Assembly: GCF_004010195.1 (NCBI RefSeq)
Contig: NC_057719.1
Coordinates: 8,878,066-8,905,075 of the forward strand
Direction: 5' to 3'
DNA from: Chiloscyllium plagiosum
Lineage: Eukaryota
Length of the DNA: 27,010 bases
Every line of letters starts with the position of its first letter. Within the stretch, counting starts at the first letter, position 1. Positions 11,164-21,364 of the stretch are shown piece by piece. The notes beneath the pieces were generated by a model. The model did no database searches and had not been told where the DNA came from. It was given only the letters and a program-made list of their open reading frames with translations. Made by a program: the position numbers and the translations under genes.

Positions 11164-11300
11164 AAGGAAGACTTAATTCTCATTGAAGAAATGGAATCAT
11201 GTTCTCCTGAAGTTACCAGTCCACGATCAACAGAGGGGAAACTCTGAAAATCTCACAATTCAGAGAACAAAGTGTGCACAAAGGTCAGTGTAATGCCATC
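11164..11300 (+). mobile_element. Continuation of the Gypsy pol relic
   Basis: Resumes at the duplicated target site; reads KEDLILIEEMES...LPVHDQ, compatible with the RNase H-integrase linker. Confidence 0.6.
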
Positions 11301-12088
11301 AGTTATATCAGCAGAGCACGCCAGAACAGAATACAGCTGAAGAGAGAGCAGAGTGAAGCAGGTAAATAGTAGGTCTTAGACAGTGCACTCAAGAGCTGCA
11401 CTCTGTAACCTCTTACATAAATGTAAATGAAGTGAGGGTTAAACACTGATGACGGTGAGGGAGCTGAGTGGATGAACCGGGATACCAAAGACAAAGAAGA
11501 CTGATAAACTAATTTTTAAGAAATTCAAATAATGTATGTGCAGATAACACACAGGGATATATAGAAATACATAACCCTCAATGACAGCAGCCTGATCAAT
11601 CATAGTGTAAATGCATTGATTCACTTGCCTTCTCTCCTCTGGATTGACTGATCTCTCTACCTTTTGCCATTCATATAAACTCTCCTACCCTAACCATATT
11701 CTTGGCCAATGTCTTGATCTTGCCATCTCTTGAGACCTCTCTGTTTCTCTTGATAGAATCACTAGCAAGACCAATCCTGATTGTACTCCACACCACTACT
11801 CCCCTTTTCCCTTTCTAATCTCATCGCCTTTCTTTCAATCCTCGGTGAAAACCATCTCCCAAAGTGAGGGACAACTGCACTTCCAATATCCCAAATCTCT
11901 TTGGCTTTTCTTCTTCAAACGTCACCTTGGATTGGCATCTCCCACACAACCTTTACTTCCTCCCTTCTCAGTTGTTCCCAGGTATGAGACCCATCTTTGC
12001 TCCCTTCAAACATAAGGGTACAAACTCGAGCAGATCCAAGGCATGACAGCCTTAAGCACCCACTGCCAGCACTGGCTGTAATCCACTA

Positions 12089-12400
12089 AGCATGGTGGCT
12101 CAACGGTTAGCACTGCTGCCTCATAGCATCAGGGACGCAGGTTCGATTCCACTTGGATGTGTGGAGTTTGCATGTTCTCCCTGTGTCTGCATGGGTTTCC
12201 CCCAGGTGCTCCGGTTCCCCCCACAACCCAAAGATGGGTGGGTTTGTTGGATTGGCCATGCTATAGTGTCCAGGGATGTGCAGGCTAAGTGGGTTAGCCA
12301 TGGGGAATGCAGGGATAGGGTAGGGCATGGGTTTGAGTGGGATGCTCTGCAGAGGGTTGGTGTGGACTCAATGTTTCCACATTATTGGGATTCTATGACT
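12089..12400 (+). mobile_element. HE1 SINE
   Basis: GCATGGTGGCTCAACGGTTAGCACTGCTGCC, B box GGTTCGATTCC, tail GGGATTCTATGA. Confidence 0.93.
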
Positions 12401-12529
12401 GATAGCTTAATCCCTTCTGCCAGTATTGGCCACTATTCCAAAACCATTACGGATAGCTTTGCTTCTGTGCTATCAAGCATCTCCTTCCCACCCCTCACAA
12501 ATATGAGGAGCCACAGGCATCTTTGTCAG

Positions 12530-12624
12530 ACTCTTCTGTTCCTCACAGCCTGATCTGCTGTGTTTTTCCAGTGCCACCATTTTCAACTCTGACTCTCCAG
12601 CATCTGCAGTCCTTACTGTCTCCT
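12530..12624 (+). mobile_element. Penelope-type (Neptune-like) pLTR 3' fragment
   Basis: GCCTGATCTGCTGTGTTTTTCCAG...CTCCAGCATCTGCAGTCCTTACTGTCTCCT matches the reverse complement of 16405-16480, which adjoins a GIY-YIG relic. Confidence 0.8.
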
Positions 12625-13000
12625 CATCTTTGGCAATAAGGTTCCCTCTGCTGCTTATCCCATTCTCCTCTCCCACAGGCTCAAGCTGTACTAAGGATCA
12701 CTCCTGCATGTGAACTTGCTGCCTCATTACTGTGTGCAATGAGCTTGACTTGATCACTAGGTTCCTGATTGCTGCTGTATTCCTTTTCCTCTCAAACTGA
12801 TCGACATTAGTTGTGCATAATGATTGAGAAGTTGCCTTCAGCTAATCAGCAGAGAACATTTAGTGTATAAATTATTCCTATCATGGGGATTGCCAAAGGT
12901 AAGACAACAAGGAAGTTAATGCCGTTGATACAGATCCAGGAGTCTAATGTCTACAGCATTGGACTGAACATCTTGCTGTTCAGACTTCAATCCTCACTAA

Positions 13001-13190
13001 GACACAGTTAAAAATCACACATCAGGTTATAGGCCAACAGGTTTACTTGGAAGTATTAGTTTTCAAAGCTACCTGAAGAAGATGCAACACTCCAAAAGCT
13101 TGTACTTGCAAATAAATCTGTTGGACTATAACCTGGTGTTGTGTGATTTTAACTTTGTCAGACTCCAGTCCAACACCGGCGCCTCCATAT
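13001..13190. mobile_element. Fold-back Penelope-type pLTR mini-element
   Basis: Inverted arms 13001-13064 and 13094-13159; loop contains CTGAAGA...CTCC-AAAAGCTT, a decayed hammerhead core. Confidence 0.75.
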
Positions 13191-13389
13191 TATGACCCAC
13201 TGGGATAAACAGTGAAATGGGATATAGTAATCAGGCCATTTGTGGAATAGTGTGGAAAATGACTGTACCAAGGCTATAAAAGGCTGAAAATTGCTGAAAA
13301 TGTCCTTCAACCAGAGAGACCTGGTTGGTCTAGATAGAATTACATTGAATCTAAAACATAGGTACAAGTCAGATAGCCCAGTGAATTAT

Positions 13390-13508
13390 CAGCAATGTTA
13401 GAGGTTCAGAGAATAAGAGGTGATTTTAATGAGGTATATAAAGACCCACAGTCAATTTGAGAGGGTGGATGCTGAAAGGGTGCCGGAAAGCCTAGAACTA
13501 GAGGGACA
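13390..13508 (+). mobile_element. CR1-type LINE fragment
   Basis: TTCAGAGAATAAGAGGTGATTTTAATGAGGTATATAA...CTAGAACTAGAGGGACA (RRxRGDLxEVYK...SRTRGH region). Confidence 0.7.
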
Positions 13509-13607
13509 AAAGCAGAAATAGCTGGAGAAACTCAGCAGGTCTGGCAGCATCTGATGGAAGAAAGCAGAGTTAACATTTTTAAGTCTGGTGACTCTCCGTC
13601 AGAATTC
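13508..13607 (-). mobile_element. Penelope-type pLTR fragment with decayed hammerhead
   Basis: Minus: TTCTGACGGAGAGTCACCAGACTTAAAAATGTTAACTCTG...GATGCTGCCAGACCTGCTGAGTTTCTCCAGC, homologous to 22362-22470. Confidence 0.8.
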
Positions 13608-14014
13608 ATTATAAATGGGTGAAAATACTGTCCTTGTCAGCCACATCAACATCTCATGTCAGAATATCAAAAAATGTCCAAGGAGCAATGGAGATCAAAG
13701 GTCATTAGATCCATAGGACTGTCTCCCAGCAGGCGATTGTTTTGTAATGTCCATTATTTATCAAGGACAGTGTAGACTGCTCAGCCTGTCTTAACCCTAA
13801 AAGCATTTCCATTCAATATAGCAATGCAACAAATGTGTCTATGCCCATCCTTAGTAACTGTTGATTTCTTTGTGGGATTGTCCTGACTGGTCAGATTTAC
13901 ACCTTCTGGAATGCATTCAGAGTAAGGGTTGTGAGAGGTCATTCAACAGGATGGATGGAGCTCACTGTATCACGTGCATTAACTCCTTCAGAATCTGTAC
14001 CTTCCACAACTCTG

Positions 14015-14100
14015 TTCAGGCTGTTGTGGTAATGTGGTTTCTGGGTTCAGGTCCCACTTGCTCTCGAGGTGTAAAATCAAATCTCTGAACAGGTTGACAA
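14015..14100 (+). mobile_element. Degenerate short tRNA-derived SINE
   Basis: CTGGGTTCAGGTCCCACTTGCTCTCGAGGTGT...ATCTCTGAACAGGTTGA, same family as 21082-21199. Confidence 0.6.
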
Positions 14101-14259
14101 GAAGATGATTGTAACGTTCTTGGCCATAAGACATTTATCCAAATCGGCTCTTTGTCCTCACTTTGTTTGGATGTATCAGGCCACAGCTGTCTTGGACAGC
14201 TTATCACCTTCTCATCTCCTTTCTTAACACTCCAAACTCCCTCAGCTCCAATCTCTTCA

Positions 14260-14785
14260 ATTCTAGCCTCCTTGCTATAGATAAGATGTTGTGAAACTTG
14301 AAAGGGGTTGCGAAAAGATTGACAAGGATGTTGCTGGGGTTGGAGGATTTGAGAGCTATAGGGAAAGGATGCATAGACTGCAGTTGTTTTCCCTGGAGCG
14401 TCAGAGGTTGAAGGGTGACCTTATAAAGGTTTATAAAATCATGAGTCGCATGGATAAGGTGAATACCCAAGGTCTTTTCTCTGCAATGGGGGATTCCAGA
14501 ACTAAAGGACATAGGTTTAGTGAGAGGGGAAAGATATAAAAGGGACCTCGGGGCAACGTTTTCACACAGAGGATGGTGCATATATGGAATGAGCTGCCAG
14601 TGGAAGTGGTGAAGGCTGGTACAATGACAGTTAAAAGGCATCTGGATGGGTAAATGAATAAGAAGGGTTTCGAGGGATGTGGGCGAAATGCTGGTAAATG
14701 CTGATAGATTAATTTAGAATATCTGGTCGGCATGGACGAGTAGGACTGAAGGGTCTGTTTCTGTGCTGTACATCTCTATGAGTCT
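14260..14785 (+). mobile_element. CR1/HER1 LINE 3' fragment
   Basis: Colinear with about 10195-11035; LFSLERQRLKGDLIKVYKIM; ends GTACATCTCTATGAGTCT. Confidence 0.95.
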
Positions 14786-15384
14786 TCATTTCCCTGACTC
14801 ATTCCCCACTGCAGGGGAAAATAGTCTTCTACATTCTTCATAAATTCTAAATCCTTTCCCCCTCTCAGCCTTACTTTCCTCCAATGAGGTAATTTCTCAA
14901 TGTCCATCTCTTTGGCCATTAGGGTTTTCATTCACTTTTTCTAACCTCTTCTTTTTTTTTGACTCACTGTCTGCTGTGTTTAGATATTCAATGACATCGA
15001 CAGTCAGAAAGGTAAATTCTGGCAGGACAAGGGTCACCAAAGGCTACGTTGTTGAGGTCATAAACTCTGAAACATGGGAAACTGTACCCGCAATTTCAGT
15101 CAACACACATTGCACATTCACATTGGAGAATCTGTTAAGATCAAGTTAAATCTCCCAAGGGACGAAAGCATTTGTTTCAAGAAATGACCTTTCCAGTGTT
15201 ATTAATTGATCCCATCGCCAGACAGATAAATGGGAAAAAGCTGTCTGCAACCCATGCGATTTTATGTAGAGACATCCATAAAGCACAGCATTATTGCTTT
15301 CAAAGTCAGGAAAAAAAACATTTTAAAGACCTGATTCATATTGTGAATTTGTAATGTTTTGCATTACTGTAGGACGAGGTCTAC

Positions 15385-15782
15385 TGGGGGTCTGAGCTAT
15401 AGAGAGAGGCTGGATAGGCTGGGGCTGTTTTCCCTGCAGTGTTGGATGCTGGGGGGTGACCTTATAGAGGTTTATAATATTATGAAGGGCATGGATAGGG
15501 CAAATAGGCAAAGTCTTTCTCTCAGGATAGGGGAGTCCAAAACTTGGTTTAAGGTGACAGGCAAAATATTCAAAAGGACCCAAAGGGCAACATTTTCACG
15601 CAGAAAGTGGTATGTACATGGAATGAGCTGCCAAAAGAGGTGGTGGAGGCTGGTACAGTTACAACAGTTAAAAGGTATCTGGATAGGTGGCAAATGGGAT
15701 AAGATTAGTTTGGGATACCTGGTCAGCATGGAAAAGTTGGACCAAAGGGTTTGTTTTCATGCTGTATGACTCTATGAATCTA
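15385..15782 (+). mobile_element. CR1/HER1 LINE 3' fragment
   Basis: LSYRERLDRLGLFSL..GDLIEVYNIM; tail GTATGACTCTATGAATCT. Confidence 0.94.
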
Positions 15783-15826
15783 AAGTTTGCTCATAACTAC
15801 TGCAAAGATGGTGCCTGAATGCCTTG

Positions 15827-15865
15827 TGAATGAATGAATGAATGAATGAATGAATGAATGAATGA
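15827..15865. repeat. (TGAA)9 microsatellite
   Basis: Perfect tetranucleotide run plus TGA. Confidence 0.98.
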
Positions 15866-16404
15866 TCTTTATGGTGTTTCAGCCCCTCTATACTGTGCTG
15901 GCCTGTGTCAACTGGAACATGGGCAGGGACTTTGGTCAGCTTGCCAATGTTGGGGTCAAATGGGAGTCATAAACCTCCACTGGCCAGAGAACAGTCACCG
16001 GGCAGAGGTCTTCACTCAACTCCCTCATGAGGGACACAGTGAAGCTAATAGAAGTCTACCTGATGGTTTAGCCAGGGGTAGACTGCGCAGTTTGAGAGTG
16101 TCTTTAGTAGCTGAGAACATTGCTGTGGAGAGAAAATCCCTCCACAGGGCAGCCTGAGGCCACACTGGGACTGTCTGGAGGGGAGTAATTTCCTTCCCTG
16201 GGTCATGGGGATACTGCCTCCAGTCCCTTGACCCATTCCCTGACCCTCACATGGAGGACACTGGACAATTACAACTCCCAGTCAGCCCCCTGCAATTATT
16301 GCTCTATTACAAACACACCAACTACACAACAAAGAAAAACAATTACATTTGTTTTATGATTTTGCTTCAAATAATGGCACCTGGGAGATGATACAGAAAT
16401 GTGT

Positions 16405-17175
16405 AGGAGAGAGTGAGGACTGCAGATGCTGGAGATTAGTGTTGAGAGTGTGGTACTGGAAAAGCACAGCAGGTCAGGCAACTTCCGAGGAGCAGGAGAA
16501 TCAACCTTTTAAACAAAAGCCCTTCATTCATGTGGCCCAAGGGGGCTGAGAGATAAATGGGAGGCGGAGGGGAGGGGGGATCTGGAGGGAAGATAGCTGA
16601 GAATGCGTTAGGTGGATGAAGGTGTGGGTGGAAGTGATAGGTCAGAGAGGAGGGTGGAGCAGATATGTGGGAAGGAAGATGGACAGGTAGGTCAGATCAA
16701 GAGGGCAGTGCCTAGTTGGAAGGTTGGAACTTGGGGTAAGGTAGAGGGAGGGGAAATGAGGAAACTGGTAAAATCCACATTGATGCCATGGGGTTGGAGG
16801 ATCCCAAGGCGGAAGGTGAGGTGTTCTTTCTCCAGGCATCAGGTGGTTAGAGTTTGGCGATGGAGGAGGCCCAGGACCTGAATATCCTTGGGAGAGTGGG
16901 AGGGAGAGTTAAAGTGTTCAGCCACAGGGAGGTGGGGTTGGTTAGTGCAGGTGTCCCAGAGATGTTCTATGGAACAATCTGCAAGTTGGCGTCCTGTCTC
17001 CCCGATGTAGAGGAGACTGCATCAGGGGCAACAGATGCAGTAGACATATGTGTGGAAGTGCAGGAAAATTTCTGTCGGATCTGGAAGGATCCTTTGGGGC
17101 CTTGGATGGATGTGAGGGGGGAGGTATGGACACAGGTTTTGCACTTCTTGTGGTGGTAGGGGAAGGTGCTGGAAG
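16405..17175 (-). mobile_element. Penelope-like element (Neptune type): Zn-finger linker, GIY-YIG endonuclease and pLTR, pseudogenised
   Basis: Minus: TFPYHHKKCKTC...FSCTSTH-YCICCP*CSLLYIGETGRQLADCSIEHL...PVAEHFNSPSH...LEKEHLTFRLGILQPHGINVDF, followed by the pLTR. Confidence 0.92.
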
Positions 17176-17204
17176 CTGGTGTGTTCTGTGTGGGATGATA
17201 TATC

Positions 17205-17716
17205 TCATAGAAACATGGGAAATAGGAGAAGGAACAGGTCCCTCAGCCATTTGAGCCTGCTGTACCAATCTATATGATCATACGACACAGTAACCTGTTC
17301 CCACTTTCTCCCCATACCCTTTAGCCCTAAGCATGATATCTATCTTCTTCTTGAAAACATTCAATGTTTTGGTCTCAACCTCTTTCTGTGGCAGAGAATT
17401 CCACAGGTTCACCCCTCCCCGGGTGAAGAAATTTCTGCTCATCTCAGTCTGAATGGTCCACCCCATACCCTATGCCTGTGACCCCTGGGTCTGGCCTCCC
17501 CAATCATCAGGAAATTCCTTCCTGCATTTACCCTGTCTAATCCTATATGATTTTTACAGTTTCAACAATTCTCATTCTTCTGAACTCTGATGCATATAAT
17601 CCTAACCAGTCATATATCTGTCCCTACAATCCAGGAAAACGTCAGGTAAACCTTGGTCGTTCTTCCTCTGCAGCCAGAACCTCCTTCCTTAGATATGAGG
17701 CCAAAACTGCATCAAC
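17205..17716 (-). mobile_element. CR1-type LINE 3' fragment (different subfamily)
   Basis: Minus peptide RNFFTRGGVNLWNSLPQKEVE..LNVFKKKID; tail ...CTCCTATTTCCCATGTTTCTATGA. Confidence 0.88.
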
Positions 17717-17792
17717 TCCTGTCTTGTGCTGATGGTGGTGGGCAGTTTTGAATGTGCACCCTTGAACTGAATTGAATTCAATACCTTTACCA

Positions 17793-18295
17793 TTGCCAAC
17801 TTTTATAGCTGCGCCATCGAGAGCATTCTGTCTGGATGCTTCACTACCTGGTATGGCAACTGTACCATTCAAGATCGGAGACGGTTACAGAGAGTGGTGA
17901 ACTTGGCCTGGACAATCACAAAGGCCAACCTCCCATCTATAGAATCCATCTACCAGGCCCGCTGTCAAGGAAAGGCCGCCAGCATTCTCAAAGATCTATC
18001 CCACCCTGGAAATGTTTTTCTACAACCTCTACCATCAGGGAGAAGGTACAGCAGCCTGAACACACGCACCAGCTGGTTTCAAAACAGTTTCTACCCGCCT
18101 GTTGTTAGAATACTGAATGGACTCACAAACTCTTAACATTCACCTGTAACTGTGTTTTTGTTTTTCTCACTGTTTACCTATTATTTACTTATCTATGCTA
18201 TTTAACTCTGTGATCTGCCTGTATTGCTCGCAAGATACAGCTTTTCATTGTGTCTCGGTACATGCGACAATAAATTCAAGTCAATTCAATTCAGT
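17793..18295 (+). mobile_element. Rex1/Babar-type LINE 3' fragment
   Basis: NFYSCAIESILSGCFTTWYGNCT..DRRRLQRVV...LPSIESIY..RC..KAASILKDLSHPG..LPSGRRY...NSFYP*; 3' UTR ends AATAAA-(TTCAA)n. Confidence 0.9.
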
Positions 18296-18376
18296 GGCAC
18301 TAAATAATTTACCTGCCACCTCAGTATCTGCCCCTGGGTAATAAACATGTACTTGATGCCCTACACACGGACAGAG

Positions 18377-18505
18377 CGTCATTGGCTCAGGGACAACATT
18401 TCTGCTTCTGAGTCTGAAATTTGTGGTTGGAGGTTTCACTCTAGATCGCAGTGAGGCAGAGTGAAGGCTTGCGATATTGGACTGATGCCCCACACAGTAC
18501 ATGCG
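18377..18505 (+). mobile_element. Degenerate SINE head, possibly SacSINE1/DeuSINE-like
   Basis: TGGCTCAGGG...CTTCTGAGTCTGAAATTTGTGGTT resembles a tRNA-derived head; B box eroded. Confidence 0.4.
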
Positions 18506-18994
18506 GTCAAGGGGGAGGGGCAGTATGAGTGTACAAGGGTTGGAGGAGCAAGGCTTCACATCCTTGCCATGTTTGTACGTGGTAGATGGGAGGCTCTTCA
18601 TTCTTGCTTGCAGCTCATTTTGGACAAGGGATGCTGAAGGTAAAAATGGGAGGGCAATGAGAAACCAAAAGCAGCTCCTCCTCCATGAGGAGTAGTCCCA
18701 GACCCTCAGTGGAGGTAGGCCCTTCCACAACGCAGACCCCAATGGAAGGATAAATAGTGTTGCATTTGGGCACTAGCACAATTGTGAATTTGTGATGTTG
18801 ATGGAGGCTGCATCGAACAACGTGGAGTGAAAACTGTTGTCTCATATAAACAACTCAGGCAACCCAGAATACAGTGATTTCCCCAAAAGGGAGCACTGTG
18901 ACAGTCAGTCCTTTATTTGTATTATCTTTCATCCTCAAAAAGTAATGGTCCCCAGCCTTTAGGACAGCCTTCACTGTCTTAAACAATCACACAA

Positions 18995-19390
18995 CAATTA
19001 GCACAAAAAAGGGACCATTAGTCCACTGCACCTACAACCACTTTGTGCAACAGCAATTTAGTTAATTCTAGTCCCCAGCCTTTTCCCAGTCGTTCTACAA
19101 ATTGTATGTCAAGCACTCATCCAACTCCCCTCAGCAAGGCACAATTCAGTCTGGCACAACTCAAAACACTTTCAGGCAGCGGTCTTCCAGATCCTAACCA
19201 ACTGCTTCTTAAAAAGGTTTATCCTCATGTTGCCTTTGGTTCATTTGCTGACTACCTTGATCCACCAATGACTAGTTCCAAAGACAGAGGACTGACTGGC
19301 ATAACAACAAAGAGACCATCGTATTCTACCTGACCCCTCACAAACGTAAAAGCAACTTTAACAAACCGCCCTGAATTTCTCTTTCTCAAA
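18995..19390 (-). mobile_element. Old CR1-type LINE 3' relic
   Basis: TTTCAGGCAGCGGTCTTCCAGATCCTAACCAACTG...AAAAAGGTTTATCCTCAT is the reverse of the CR1 WNxLP region; diverged. Confidence 0.65.
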
Positions 19391-19399
19391 CCTTTTTTT

Positions 19400-19735
19400 A
19401 AGAATCCCTATAGTGTGGGAACAGGCCCTTTAGCCCAACAAATCCACACCGAATCTCTGCAGAGTAACCCACCCAGATCCATTCCCCTATATTAACCCCT
19501 GACTAATTCAGCTAACCTACACATCCCTGAACACTAGGGGAAGTTTAGCCTGGCCAATTCACCTGACCTGCATGTCTTTGGACTGTGGGAGGAAATCAGA
19601 GCACCCGGAGGAAACCCATGCAGACACGGGGAGAATGTGGGAGCTCCATACAGACAGTCGCCTGAGGTTGGAATTGAACCCGGGTCCCTGGCAATGTGAG
19701 GTAAAACAGTTAACCACTGAGCCACCGTGCTGCTC
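19400..19735 (-). mobile_element. HE1 SINE
   Basis: Full-length; head GAGCAGCACGGTGGCTCAGTGG and B box GGTTCAATTCC on minus. Confidence 0.95.
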
Positions 19736-20084
19736 ACCAGTCAAATATCTTCTCAGGTAAGTATTTGACCAGCCTCTTTTGTCAACTCCTCGCACCAATT
19801 TAATCTTTTAGCTTCACCGTCTTTTGTGTGAAGTGATTTCACTTAAAATGATCTACTCTCTTTCTCTCTTTGTTAGTCCATACCTGACCCTCCCAGAGTT
19901 TCCGACTGTCAGGATATTAGAATTTTTAAAAAATTGTGAATGCCCCAATCTCAGTAAGAGATCAATGAGATTATTCCTATGTGGAAACCTTTAGTTTGGA
20001 AATGCCCACTTCCTGAGCACAGTGAGTTTGTCACACCAGGAAAGGAACTTGGTTTTCTTTCAGATTCTTTGAGAAATAGAGAGG

Positions 20085-20260
20085 AAAAGGTCATAGAATG
20101 CGTCACAAATTTGATTGAATCTGTGGATTAACAGATTAAGGTGTACGTGTCGTTTCAAAAAGGTGTTTTGCTTACATTAAAACATAATCCTTCTAGAGCC
20201 AGCAATCTTGATGCTTGATCATTTAAATTAGAGGTCATTGAGGGGTCAGCTATAGCACAG
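20085..20260 (+). mobile_element. Very old CR1 RT relic
   Basis: TGCGTCACAAATTTGATTGAA (CxTNLIE) and GTGTAC...TTTCAAAAAGG (VYxDFQK). Confidence 0.45.
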
Positions 20261-20274
20261 CTCATCTCATGGTT

Positions 20275-20757
20275 TCACTTGATTTGATTCATTTTTACCA
20301 TGTGTGCCGGGATACAGTGAAAAGTATTGTTTTGCGTGCTAAATCATAAGTGTATCAGGGTAATAGAACAGAATGCAGAATATAGTGATACAGTTACAGA
20401 GAAGGTGCAGAGAAAGATCAACTCTAATGTATGAGAGTTCCTTTCAAAAGTCTGATAACATCGAGGAAGAAGCTGTTCTTGAATCTGTTGGTACAAGTTT
20501 TCAAACTTTGCATCTTCTGCCCAATGGAAGAAGGTGGAAGAGAGTTTAACCAGGGTGAGAGGGGTCTCTGATGATGTTGGCTACTTTCCTGAAGCAGCAG
20601 GAATACAGATAGAGTCAGTGGATAGAAGGCTGGCTTGCATGATGGACTGGGCAGTGTTCACAACTCTCCATAATCTCTTGCAGTCTTGGGCAGAGCAGTT
20701 GCCATTCCAAGTTGTGAAGCATCCAGATAGGATGCTTTCTATGGTGCATGTATCAAC
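20275..20757 (-). mobile_element. Rex1/Babar-type LINE 3' fragment
   Basis: Minus peptide CTIESILSGCFTTWNGNCSAQDCKRLWRVVNTAQSI, homologous to 17793-18136; (ATCAA)n-like tail. Confidence 0.9.
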
Positions 20758-20792
20758 TTGGTTGAACTTCAGGAACAGAACAAAACAAATTG

Positions 20793-20966
20793 GGCTCTCG
20801 TGCAGTATTGTGGGATGCTGCATTGATGATGGTCAAGGGTGAAACATTAAACCAAGGACCCCACTTTGCAGGTGGATGCAAAAGATCTGATGACAGTACA
20901 CTGAAGAAGAGTGAGGGTGCTCTCCCTGGGGCCCTGGTCACCATTTATCCTTCAACTAGCATCACT
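20793..20966 (+). mobile_element. Deu-domain of a DeuSINE (SacSINE1/AmnSINE1-like)
   Basis: GTGCAGTATTGTGGGATGCTGCATTG...ATTAAACCAAGGACCC...CAGGTGGATGCAAAAGATC...GAAGAAGAG...ATTTATCCTTCAACTAGCATCACT follows the recalled Deu consensus. Confidence 0.8.
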
Positions 20967-21081
20967 CTGATGAATAAAAGCAGAAAGTGCCAGCGGAGCT
21001 TATTTGTTCTTGCGATAAGAGTGATATGCTTTCAGGGCTTAATATGCCAAAAACTAAGAAGTAAACTGCAATAGAGCACAA

Positions 21082-21199
21082 GGGACCCTGGTGGCATAGT
21101 GATGGTGACTCTACCTTTGAGCCAGGAAATCTGGGTTCAAGTCCCAACTGCTCCAGAGTTGTATAATAATGTCACTGAGCAGGTCAAATATTAAAAAAA
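21082..21199 (+). mobile_element. Short tRNA-derived SINE
   Basis: A-box-like TGGCATAGTGA, B box GGTTCAAGTCC 21134-21144, 3' hairpin CTGCTC...GAGCAG, A-rich end. Confidence 0.78.
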
Positions 21200-21364
21200 C
21201 AATCTTTTCCAGCAGAAGCAATGACAGTGGGAGGTTTGCAAACTATAGGCGAAACTTTTAATAAACCTGTTTAAACCTTTCAAATAAACCAAATCCACGC
21301 TATGTAATCTGTGCTACTTACTAATAAGACAAGAAAACGTTCACAAACAAGAAAACAGACACAA

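Larger units (their letters stand above)
11625..12720 (+). mobile_element. Ancient L2-type LINE relic, interrupted by HE1 and a pLTR fragment
   Basis: CT-rich; about 11670-11730 resembles the L2 APE motif HINSPT..H..G..LDLAIS across a frameshift. Boundaries are approximate. Confidence 0.45.

Noticed and set aside
11446..11485. CTGATGA followed by CGGT...ACCG, hammerhead-like
   Set aside because: No GAAA after the stem and no stem I or III; the region may instead be an LTR/PBS remnant, which I also cannot support.
19738..19772. Small inverted repeat GTCAAATA...TATTTGAC
   Set aside because: An isolated 8-bp stem is expected by chance in 27 kb.
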